64,000 nt of DNA, taken from Bugula neritina (lineage: Eukaryota; Animalia; Bryozoa). The DNA lies in contig OZ037773.1 of NCBI GenBank assembly GCA_964035545.1, positions 6,043,751-6,107,750 on the forward strand. The letters are read 5' to 3'. A program made the position numbers and the translations under genes. Under the pieces are notes generated by a model. The model saw nothing but the letters and a program-made list of their open reading frames with translations. It searched no databases and was not told where the DNA came from. Shown piece after piece: positions 13,126-30,208 of the stretch (position 1 is the stretch's first letter; each line of letters opens with the position of its first letter).

Positions 13126-16100
13126 ATGGGACACTCAAATATATGGAAATCTCACCCTAAAAAATATGGACCAGGTTCTCGAAACTGGTAAGTTATTTTT
13201 CCTTCATAATTATATCTAAAGGAAAACTACAGTTACCATGTTCGATAATTTTTTAATATTTTTATTATAACTTGAAGGAATATCATTAAAAATACATACA
13301 AGTGTTGCACTCAATCTCATACTCTTACTGATCCCTCCTACCCTCACTCTAACTCAGCCAGAATCTCGCTTCGACTAGTACACTCAATTTGAGTTCGACT
13401 ATTTTCACCTTATGTAGTATTAGTGTTGCTGATTCAAAGTAATTCTAAGAGTAAGAGCTTATTTCAGTATCTTGGAGTGCCCCAAAGGGCAAAGTCAATC
13501 CCAATAGCTTTTCTGTTGATTTCTACTACTAGTAAAAATAGAATAAACTCCAAACACGAGAATTCACCATCAGCATTGAGACTTTCGTTTGATCTTAAGT
13601 AAACCTAAGTTTATGATTGATTAATTCAAACAGATTCAAAGTTACACGTTTCATCATTTGGTTTTAATACAAGTCCAACTTTAACTTGCCTTATTGATAA
13701 TTATTGTTTTATAACCAAAATTTAATAAAAGCTAATAATGATAATAATCCTTATAGTTGTTTGCTGTTAGTGTTATAAATCAAATGCATTTAACTTTTTG
13801 CTAATTTTCTCAATTATGTGTTAGCTGCAATGAATTTTGGGTGACTAGTCAATATTCCGAAGGCCCATTAGTCCGAAGGTCCATTAGTCCGAAGGTCCAT
13901 TAGTCCGAAAATTAGTACACATGATAGTAAATAGCATCCTCACTGAGAATATCATTGATTTCACTCACAATCTAGTTTAAGTTCTTGCTTTGTTAAAGCT
14001 GTATGTGGGTGGCATGCGTGTTGCCTACTTGTGATTGTTTAGCCTGAGATTACACTATGACTAGAAAACAGCTGCATCATCTATCAACATTCCATTGCGG
14101 CTGCTTTATAAACAAAGTACACAGCAAGCTATTCACTAGCCTGTCAGCTAACAGGCCTGTAATTAATAATGTAATAAAGATCACATTTGCAATGTATAAA
14201 TCACTTATATTTTATAGAAAGTCTATAAAAGCTATTGAAAATTTCAAAGAAGTTGCTTTGAGGAACAGAAAGATCTACAACATGGTTTTTAAATTTCGAT
14301 TCTATAGCACAATTAGGTGAGGTTTTATTTGGCTGGACTGAATTCTTATATACTAATAGTGTGGCCCCAGCAAGGTAGTTACAGCTAGAAGGTTGCCCTT
14401 ATCTACATATCTTGTGGATATGCTTGGTTTGGTATATTATGGTGTGCAGTTTTGGTTATTCGATTTTAGAGTAGTGTCCAGGATGTTTATAATTTTTAGT
14501 CTTCAATGCATTTTTACAGATATCCCTAATTAAAGATATTTTTAATTACAAAGAGATATTTTCAATTGAAATGGATATATGTATAATTTAATTGATATAA
14601 TAATGCAGTTTAGCAGCTTACAGATAATTGAAGAGATTAAATGTGATACCAAATAATTAACTACCAAGCCAGAGATTTACTATTACATTCAATAGTAAAA
14701 TTCTAAAACAAACCATGCATTATTTTTTTGACGCTAACTTCAAATGCAACTTTTTTTTATAAGTTATGAGGTGCCCGTAATTTTTTACAAAAATACAGTA
14801 CAGTAGACACAAAATGTTTGCTTGGCTTTAATTTTACCGGTTTCATGTTTCTTATACTTTAGTTTTTCAGTTTTTAGTCAACATTAAGGGCCTATATAAG
14901 CTGACTGACTGTAGCTAGAATAGAATTACAGTCCCCTGTCATTTTTACACTAACTGTAAAATAAGTTATACTAATTAAATGCCAGTAAATTATATAAAAA
15001 TAGCCAAAGACAAACAGATAATAAAAAAACTAATAGAAAAAGTTACAATTAACCTATTCTATTGAAGCACATTCCAACATTAAATAAATAATAAATTTTA
15101 TAAATGATAAAAGGATTTATAATGAATTTTTTAAAATTATATTTAGCAAACATCAGTGTATCCTATATGCAAAATTACAATGGTTTGCTAGAAACAACAT
15201 CGGCATGGTAGTCCCTAGTAACTTAAGTCCTAAATCGAAACTTGGAGGAAGATTTTACCTATTTACATTTAATTATGAGTAGCCTATACTAGTGCAGGTA
15301 TGTGTGTGGAGGAGATCGCACACGCCCGCACGCACACACGCACACACGCACACACACATTATATATATATATAAAGGTTGCATTTGGAGTTAGCGTCAAA
15401 AAAAAATAATGGTTTGTTTTAGAATTTTGCTATTGAATGTAATAGTAAATCTCTGGCTTGGTAGTTAATTATTTGGTATCACATTTAATCTCTTCAATTA
15501 TCTGTAAGCTGCTAAACTGCATTATTATATTAATTAAATTATACATATATTTATTTCAATTAAAAATATCTCTTTGTAATTAAAAATATCTTTAATTATA
15601 GGGATATCTGTAAAAATGCATTGAAGACTAAAAATTATAAACATCTTGGACACTACTCTAAAATCAAATAACCAAAGCTGCACACCATAATATACCAAAC
15701 CAAGCATATCCACAAGATATGTAGATAAGGGCAACCTTCTAGCTGTAACTACCTTGCTGGGACCACACTATTAGTATATAAGAATTCAGTCCAGCCAAAT
15801 AAAACCTCACCTAATTGTGCTATAGAATCAAAATTTAAAAACCATGTTGTAGATCTTTGTGTTCCTCAAAGCAACTTTTTTGAAATTTTCAATAGCTTTT
15901 ATAGACTTTCTATAAAATATAGGTGATTTATACACTGCAAATGTGATCCTTATTACATTATTAATTACAGGCCTGTTAGCTGACAGGCTAGTGAATAGCT
16001 TGCTGTGTACTTTGTTTATAAAGCAGCCGCAATGGAATGTTGATAGATGATGCAGCTGTTTTCTAGTCATAGTGTAATCTCAGGCTAAACAATCACAAGT

Positions 16101-16887
16101 AGGCAACACGCATGCCACCCACATACAGCTTTAACAAAGCAAGAACTTAAACTAGATTGTGAGTGAAATCAATGATATTCTCAGTGAGGATGCTATTTAC
16201 TATCAAGTGTACTAATTTTCGGACTAATGGACCTTCGGACTAATGGACCTTCGGACTAATGGGCCTTCGGAATATTGCTCCGTCCCCTGAATTTTGTTCC
16301 CAAGTTCAATGCAACAATATATTATTGCCTATATATTTTTATTGAAGTATTTTGTGAAAAATTTAGAGTCAAATAATCTAGATCTTTCATTTTACTAAAG
16401 CAAGTTTCATTAAATCATTTGAATTTAATGTTTTTTGGAGCAAGTTGACCAAAAGTGGTTATGTAATGTTCAATCAAACAAAAAGTAGTCTAGCCTAAAT
16501 CTTTCATGATGAGTTTTTAGATTTGTGCCTAACAGTGTTTGCTCACTTATACCTTTTCTTTTACTAGTCGAGTCTGCAGCAACCAGCATGGTATCATCAG
16601 AAAGTATGGACTGAACATGTGCAGACAGTGCTTTAGACAGTATGCTAATGATATTGGCTTCATGAAGGTGAGTTAGAGTATATAGTTGCTTGGCAAATCA
16701 CTAAACTGTCCCTTGTGACATGCATGTCAATTATGTGCAGACTGATAACTCTACACTTATGTGCCTGAACATTCATTAACTTCTACTGTCTTGTTTATTG
16801 AATTCATATGATTATTAGATAATTTCTCAAAGTTGTGCTCTCTTTCACTTGATTCAGGCTTTTAACTTTATGTTTCAGATGGACTAA
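13126..16887 (+). CDS. RPS29: 40S ribosomal protein S29 (uS14), 56 aa
   Basis: Exons 13126-13187, 16568-16667 and 16879-16887 give [62 protein letters not shown] at 16982. Confidence 0.98.
13840..16287. mobile_element. Non-autonomous foldback DNA transposon, Mutator/MULE (Rehavkus-like)
   Basis: Inverted arms ~13850-14752 and ~15373-16277. Both termini carry 16-bp subrepeats (CCATTAGTCCGAAGGT). The direct repeat TGAATTTTG flanks the element at 13831-13839 and 16288-16296. No transposase ORF. Confidence 0.85.
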
Positions 16888-17987
16888 CTAGACATCAACT
16901 CATCTAGCAAAGGCTGGCTCTACACCATCTCTAGCCTCCAGCCAGATCTCATAAATTATCTGTGACTCTGGTAGAACATCAAATAAAACATCTTCTTAGA
17001 CCAACAAAAAAACTTCTTTTGTTTTATGAAAGTGCAACTTGTCACCACCTTATTGATAATGTTCAATATACCAGCTTCACACCATTTGCAGTAAAAAAAC
17101 AATCAATCTGTTGAAATGCATTGCTGACTTGAACATTTGTCTTGACACAAGTTTTTGAGTGACCAGACAGCCTAGCTTGAAATTATCTTCCCCTGCAATT
17201 TAAAAATGGCCGTAGTATTGTTCACTCAGCAATAGTAGTGGAGCTGAGTTTTACCGAACTTTGATCTGGTGTGTTGACAGCAAACAGCACCTCTGGTCTC
17301 GATAGGATTCAGTTATTCCTTATATCGAGTGCTACAATTCGGTCAGTCCTTTTGTGAGAAATAGATTTACAAAATCTAATGTTGGTGATAATTGCAGTAA
17401 TAATGTTATTAAATATTTTTATTTAGTAATTAGTATTTTATTTTGTTTAGTAATGAAAACAGAAAAACTGTGGCTAATGCTATTTATAGCTATCAAAATT
17501 TTTATTAGTTCAGGGCTTTATAGCAGTTGTGTTGAAAAGTAGTATTGGTCACTAGAGGAGCTTTTATAATGGTGAGGATAAACCTGCCATCTACTGTGCA
17601 GAGAGTATTTAAGGAGTTGTCTGCTTGAATGATGGAGTATTAGTTGAGCTTTTATAAGGAAGATTCTCTCGCCATAACAGTCCTCTCTTCCCCTGTATAA
17701 TGTATAAATACAATATACTACTAAGTCTACGTGCAGTCAACTTATACACTATTTTACTGTACATACACGATATCCCATTGTCAAGTAGACAGTTAGAATA
17801 TAGAAAATAATAGCCAGTGCTTCTGTTTAGTAATAGGTGCAAAAGTGCTTGTTTTGTCCTCGTATTACGAGACGAGAAAACACTTGCGCTATTTAGTGGG
17901 TAAGTAACTCCCATTTTAAAATTTCTTTGTTGGATAGTAGAGCAATATCTTTGCACCAGCCACCAGTTGTAGGTGCAAGTAGAGTTA

Positions 17988-22316
<4,329 letters not shown>

Positions 22317-22973
22317 GGCTGCAGTAATCCAAGAGTTGAAATGATTTGACACTATATTGTTTCTTTGTTGAGTTGCAGTAGCTCAATTAAGCTATAATTC
22401 ATGTAACCTATGCATGTATCAGCTGAAGTGTTAATGTCTAATGTAGCATGTGCTTCTTTTAATAATCACACAAAGCATTGTGTAACAAATCAAACATAGC
22501 TTATTGATTGTGAATGGTTATACTTAACTAAACTTGTTGTACTATATAGCTATGTGTGTCTAGATTGGCTACACTTAGCTATACATAACTCATGGCTACT
22601 GCAGATATGAATGTCAGAATCTGCAGTCTGCAATTCCAATAGCATGAGGAAGTGCAACATCTGGACATGACCCCCTGCAGTTGGCTGGGGTAGCCAATGG
22701 GACATGCATGCATCTCATTTTATATCCCGTTTTGTGGTTATATGTTTTTACCCTGGTGGTGCTGCTAAACAAGGTGTTCAGTGGACTTTTAAAAAGATAA
22801 TGCCTTGACAACTAATGCTACTTTGAAGTTGACATAAGATTTTGTATAACCACTTTAAACTAGTAACTCTTGTCAGATTTTTGTAAACATAATTAGCACT
22901 ATGATAAAAAACAAAGAAGAAAAAACTCGAATAGGTTAGTGTTTAATTATAATCTTGCGTCTTGACTTGTGCT

Positions 22974-23023
<50 letters not shown>

Positions 23024-24039
23024 AATTTTTAATCTGTAATCTCAATGCATATTAAGCCTTTTGTATGCATATATCGCACAAATATATATCTGCTTTTAAA
23101 ATGATCTGTAGCATTACACATGGCTTCAACACACATTTGACTTTTTATTTTATTCCAGACTTTGTGTTGGTTTATGAGCAAATGATATGACATCTGTGAA
23201 AATCAAAGCAGTACTATTTGCATAGCCGGCTATATAACTACAGTCTATGCCCATTATAATATTTGTAAAGACATACGTAGATTAAGAGTTATCTTACTAC
23301 TGCAGGTGTAAAGAAAACCTACTAATAGTTAAATGTTTTAGTGGGTGTGTATTTCACCATTTACCTAAAGCCGACCGCAGATTTTATTAGTGCATTTGAA
23401 CAATTTTTAGTTCTATAGAATAATTTATTACACATTATAATTCTTAAAGCCTAAATTCAACAGTATTTCATTAGAGGTCAGAATAACTTAAGGTACCCAT
23501 GCTAAGTAGAATATGAGCTCCTTCTATAGCAAAGCTCACTTGTAAATGCATTGCATGTACAACACAAAAATACATGTTAAAAAATAATAAGAAAGTATAC
23601 AATGTCATATCAGATGATTAGCATTAACAACAGCATTACTTATAATTACTAAAATATCCTTGAAAACATACTTAAATATATATTCTTACTAAATAATAAA
23701 TACTAGATGTTAGAGCCCTGTGTTTTATATAACAAATTAATTTCCAATCAGCAGCATTAACGGAATTTGGCAAACTATATATTGTAGCATTACTTCACAA
23801 AAGCTATTCTGCAATGTAGTGTAAGTTATAAGAAGTGCAGTGCAATCATATTATAGGATAATTAAAACAAATTAATATAAATATATTATATTTAAACTGA
23901 GTCACCTGTACCTGGTATAAGCAAGCAAGGCTCCTTAACATTGTTAGAATAATAGTTTAAGACTTTACACCCTTTTCAACTTTTTTACAGATAAAAGTAC
24001 TCAAAGTCACAGACTAATTCTTGCTTATACTGAGTTAGA

Positions 24040-24240
24040 CTTAGACTAGAATAAAAGTAAAACTAAAATAGAATTAAACTATAACTAGAATAAAATCAGA
24101 ATTAAAAATAGACTTATAATTAGAATTGAATTAAAATGAAATTAGAATTAAAATTATGCTTAGAATTAGACTAGAAATAGAATATAATTAGAATTAAAGC
24201 TAGACTTAGAAAATTTATAATAGAAATAAAATAGAATAAC
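24040..24240. repeat. Degenerate AGAATT-type hexamer repeat
   Basis: Recurrent TAGAAT/AGAATT units. Confidence 0.6.
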
Positions 24241-26463
24241 GCTATAGAACACCAGTTTAGTTTAGCAATGACAAGTCCACTACAGAAACTAAAAGTTTCC
24301 CTAGTCCAATTCAGAACTACAAACTGATTCCAGCTCATATTGAATCTTCAGTGGCCTGGTCTGCAGACTCCAAGAGGTTTTGATTTGCTCCACCGTTACT
24401 TATGTTATTTTTAAAGGCAACGTAAGGTGAGGTATCTCTTGAATAGTTGGTGCTTCTCTCACGCTTGGGCTGGTCTTTTCTACTTTCTCGTAGTCTGGCC
24501 ACATATTCTTAAAAACAAAACAATATGCAACTGGAAACTTGAATTTAATCTAGTTATTGTAGTGATTGAATGATCTAAAGTGCAAATTGCTAAGTGATAA
24601 GGAAAAAAGCAATGATAATTCTAGCTGCAAAACATTTTATTAGAAAATAATTTATTATTTTCTGCACGCTACAGCTAATATAGGATAATAATATTTGGCC
24701 ACCAGCACTTTTGTACCATTAGCAATAATTTGCATAGTGAATAGAAATATGCATCAACATGCTAATGGGCCATTGGAAGATATCATTCAACCTTACAAAA
24801 GCCATTCATGGAATACATTTGTTTTTAAATATTAGAGAACTTATTTATGAAAGTGAAAGAATATCTTTAATAAAAACTCAGCATGGTTGCCAAGCTAAAT
24901 GTATCTTAACTATAAGTTATATATAAAGCTAGTTATAAATAAGAAATATTAATAATTTATTATAATACATAATGTAAAAATAATTTATATTATATGAGTC
25001 TAAGAACTTCACTTGTGTCACTTTACGAATTTGTGGAATAATTCATATAAAATTTCTTTTTGGGAAGCAAATGCTCTAATTAAATGTTACATTGTATGTT
25101 ATGAAGAACATTAACCTTTTATGAAAAACATGATATTTGAATAAATAAAATTATAACACCCAACAGCAAGTAATAAAGTTTTCAAAATTCAAATTTTCTA
25201 AAAAAAGTTTTAAACGTATCTATAATTTAGCTTAGTTTAAACTTGTTTATATATCTATATTTCAAGCTTTGCTTAACCTTCATTTGTAAGCAAAGCAAAT
25301 TTGTAATAATTGGCCAAAAACTGCGTAAGCTACAAAAGAAACTTTTAATTTTAAATATTATAGTTGGCATCGAAATTTCTGCTATTCTATCCAAATGCTA
25401 TATAAGACACATTGATTAGGCAAGCTGTGAAGCTGGTTACAATAATGACAATTTTCTTCATTTTTATGCAAGTTGATTGGCAGCAAATTCACTTAGGAAA
25501 ATCAAATAGAATAAGCAAAAGATTTCTTACCTGCTGTGCACAAATGCTTGGAGAAAGAAATGCAGTGCTTTGGCATGCATGCAAACAATACAAAAGCTCA
25601 CAACATACAAGGGAAAACAAGTCCACATGCGGCTCAACACTTTCATAGTGTTTGCCATTGCAATCCATAGCTGTAGGATATAGAGGTAAAGAGTATAACT
25701 GTAAATAAGAATGCGGTAGAATCATACTGCTTATGCTTGTATAGAAATTACACATTGAAGCATTAGAATACATTTAAAATATGCAATACTTTGTATATAA
25801 GTTTTAGTTTCAAGTTGTAAGCAAAACCAAAGCGTCTTAAACAATATAAATCCAGAAACTGTTAAATTATAAAACAACAACATTTATTAAACATTTATTA
25901 ACAAATTATTAAGAAGCCATTCCATATTTTGACTGATATTTACTACACCTAAGTACAGACCTTTTACGATATTTTAAAGCATCTTTTAGCTTTATAAAAT
26001 AAAAATTGCTATGGAAACTAAATAGTATATGGCAGCATTAGAAAGTGCATTATGGTAATTGGAAGTTCTCATAGTGCATACAATGAACTTCTGCTAATGC
26101 AAAGCAATTTATCCTGTGAACAACTATTCATGAATTTACAATCAATTGTATTTTGAGTTTCCTAGTATCAGCTGAGGTAAAAATTAATATAATTGATAGC
26201 TGCTGCTACTCCAAGCTGGGTATAAGCCATGCGACTTGAGTACTTATGAATAAATCCGTATTTGTAAACATATATTTTCTATTTTAAGTAATTACCAAAA
26301 AAATAATATATTTAACCTATTCTTACAAATTATGATATTGTAATTATACAATTTGCATTACAAAAATAAAAGCTTTAGGTAAATCACGTGAAAGTAAACA
26401 GTTTTTGTTTAACTAATAAATACAGTAAGTGCAGCAAATAAAATTAAAGCGACACAACATGGG

Positions 26464-29400
26464 CTAAACTGCAGCCATTTTATTCTTTTTATTATACATC
26501 TCAAACAAAGGGTCTGAAACTAAAATATTAATTCCTCTTGCATCAAAGCCTGCTGGAAACTTCCCCTCTTTAGATTTAGTTCTTAACCCTAGTCGAGTCC
26601 ACAGTACACTCTCCCGTCTCGTTTCTTGGGCAGGCAGAATGCCTAGCCTATCAATTTTACTGATAATAGAGCTTTTAGTCTGCCTAGTGGTATACGAGCT
26701 AGAAGTAGATGACCTACCATGTCTGGTGGATACGGAAGTGGTCACTGTGTGGTGGGATTGTCTGCCCTTCGTACTCTTCCTACACAGCAGTGTGTTCACA
26801 AACATCTTTCTACAAAACCAGAATCAATGTTGGTTAATCATCTTAATCAAACTTATCATATATTGTTACAAACTATAATGCTTTTGATTATATTATATAT
26901 TATTGTTTAATATAATCATACATGTTAAAGAAATACATGACATGGAGTGAATTGTGTTGTTAATTAAATTTTAGAGAATAAACTAAGCCTAATGTTATTC
27001 CACCAACTAGTTCTTTGCTAACCTCAACAAGGAACCTATAAAGTCTATTAGGTCTATACATCAGAAGAGCAATCTCTAGGTTGCATGAAGAAACGCAGAT
27101 GCGACATTTTTTATGTACAGTTAAATAATAGTCATTTTAATAGCCTTATAATATTGTAGAATATATTTCTACAGAAAATATATAAAAAATTTGTAAGCAT
27201 TTTACTAGCACAAAAAGTGCAAGGTAAAAACTTCACTATTTCTCTGAAAAGGTCGAAATTATTGAACTCATAATAAAAGCAGTTTGATTCTTGTTTCAGA
27301 CTATTCCAACACAACCTATAAAAGAGAGGATAATTCTCTAACCTGTAAGTGTTATTGCAAAGACAGTAAAACACAATGTTGCCGGCATGGTTCAGTAAAG
27401 GGGCAAAATCTTTTAGAATGCCAAGCTTTAGAAAAAAAGGCTGTTTTTCTAGCTCCTCCCTTTGTTGACCAGCGGTAGTGTCTCTCATGATTTGATAGAT
27501 GAAACTGAAACAGTTATGTCATCATATAGAACCACATGTAACCACATATAACCATATGTAACCATACATAACTGGATATAACAGTATACAATCAGATGGA
27601 GCCAGACATAGCAACATACAGACATATTTAACCATTTAGAACCACATGCAACCACATGTAACCATACATATATATGTAACCATACATAACCATATGTTAT
27701 GTAACCATATAGGACCACATATAACCACGTGAAATAACTAGATTTAACCAAATGTATAATAGCCACATATAGCCATATATGGAGATTGTTGAACCACGTG
27801 CATGAAGTTTAAGCTCACATTCTTCTGTAAATTGGCTATTTTAGCATGTGATGAAAAGCTGTGAAAAGATATGATTCTGTTACCAAACACAATTGTCGAT
27901 TAACAGACGTAGTTGCCTGCTCTTGCCAGTTTCACATGCTACTAGGGTTTAGATGCACGTAACTACAGTTTAACCAATCACAGAGCTGCTCTGCATAACA
28001 GAGGCAGCAGCTGCAGGAATGCGTTTTACAGCAAATATTATATTGATTATCAAGTGGAGCCAACAACTATATGCATGTCTTAATTCTATAGCAAATATAG
28101 TCCAATAAAATAATAAAATATTTATAGACCTTCATTGTAGGTGATTCATTAGTAGACATGGTCTGATAATGAATTACCTACAGTGAAGCAACTCCAAGTA
28201 TTTTGCTTAGCTCAATTCTGTAAAATTAGCTATGATATGCTTATATATCACAATTTGCTATAATTTTGTCATTGTTGCAACACCTGCTTGCATTATAATA
28301 GTTGTAACTTTTCATCATTTTATGTTCATGCTATATACTTATACTTACATACAGTATAAGCCTATTTACCACACTACATCACCTTATACTTACAGTTTTA
28401 CACTATATATTAGGATATACTTACACTATTATGTTACATACTAAAAACCACAGGACTATGGCTATCAGCATAATTCCGATCTTCCTATGTTCCTTTCCTC
28501 TTGCTGTTGCATTCTCTCCTGGCATCGCCTCTGCCATTGCTGCTGCCGCGTTGTTTAGATTTATGATCAAAAATATTACCAGTATGAAGTCTATCAGAAA
28601 TGGTATGTAAATTTCTATAGCCTAAAAGCATAAAAAAATAAATTATTAAAAACAATTTTATAAATTATATAAAAATTATTCTGTTTAACACTGAATTACT
28701 AGGAAAAGCAATTCTACTCAATAAATTCAATTATTAACGCCAATAAAGTTTTAGAAAAGGAATTGCTGTCTACTAGTGTAACCATTGTGAGCTCAACATG
28801 ATATATCACATAGTTAGGTGCAGTAATAAAGGTATTTAAAAAAAGTCTCATTCAAGCAATATGTTTAAAGCTCTCACATTTCATATAATATAGTTTGGAA
28901 AGTTTGGAAAATATTGCGTTGTATAACCTTATAATATATGATTACTAATATTTCCATTACTTGCAGCCTATATATTTGTATAAAGGGTGATGATACCATC
29001 CGTTAGGTCACAAGCCATCCATCACAATGGGTGATTACACCAATTAGTGCTGCCTCACAATCCTTCATTGCATCATCATTACTAGCTGCAGACACCCATA
29101 AATACTAATTCAGCAGCAATTATTATTGTAGAGCATGTTGGAATGTGTGCAGATCAAGTGAGAAGGGGAATCATTTGATGCAGCGCAAGGCTTGGGGTCA
29201 CTGAGTGCAGTAGTTGAGACTCTGGGGTTTGGGAAAGCAGTGCACTCGGTGATTCCAAACTTTGTGCTGCATCTAGCGAGCTACCAGTAAAATGCATGGT
29301 CAAGCTCTTGCAGAAGCTTTCCGTTTGACACTGTTATGCTTAGTTAACAATATTGGTTACTTCTTATAACATTGGTCATAAACAGCAGCTTGAGTGTATC

Positions 29401-30152
29401 CCTGCAACTCCTTTTAGTGAGAAAACTGGTTTATAAGTTGAGGATGCCTTACAATGTGTATTATGCTGCCCCTAATAATATGCTGACTATAGCGACATAC
29501 TCTATAGACAAAATGCACTTGGTTATCATGACCCTCCCCTCTACTTCAGCTTTTTGTTGACACTAAATGGCTTTCCCCAACTTATAAAACTTCAACCTCT
29601 CAAGCTACCATAAACCATAGTAGTGTTTGGGGTTTCAGCCTAAACCCCAGACTACTGCACCCCGTCACCCCAACTCTGAGCTGCTTATAGCACAATCCGC
29701 TTGTGATACTGTCCCAACTTACACAACTATTACTACTACTGACTATATAGTACTAATCAACCACCATGTGCTGTAACTATTCAGTCGTACATTTCGTTAT
29801 ATCACTGTTGCAGTTTGCTTCACAAATAATTTCAGAAAAAATTGTCAACGGCTGAATCTTGAAAATACCTAATCTAGCTATAATTCTAAGTTCATTTAAA
29901 CCTCTAATCGTTATACTATTGCAATATGGTGCACTATAATATAATTCTGGTCTATATGTACATACGTGATAGAAGTAGTAGTATGACTTCATAGCTTCAC
30001 TGTTGTACAGGTGGGTGCTGTTAGCTCTCACAGCCTCGTCTTCTCTCACATATACCTCTACTGTCAGCCAGTCTGGGATATTCACCAGCACTGCCAGTGT
30101 GAAGATGATGATAATGGCTATTCTCATCCGAAGGACAGTACACCTGGCAGAG

Positions 30153-30208
<56 letters not shown>

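Noticed and set aside
14057-16070. Near-identical ORF pair MTRKQLHH... on opposite strands
   Set aside because: A by-product of the foldback arms, with no domain and differing stops.
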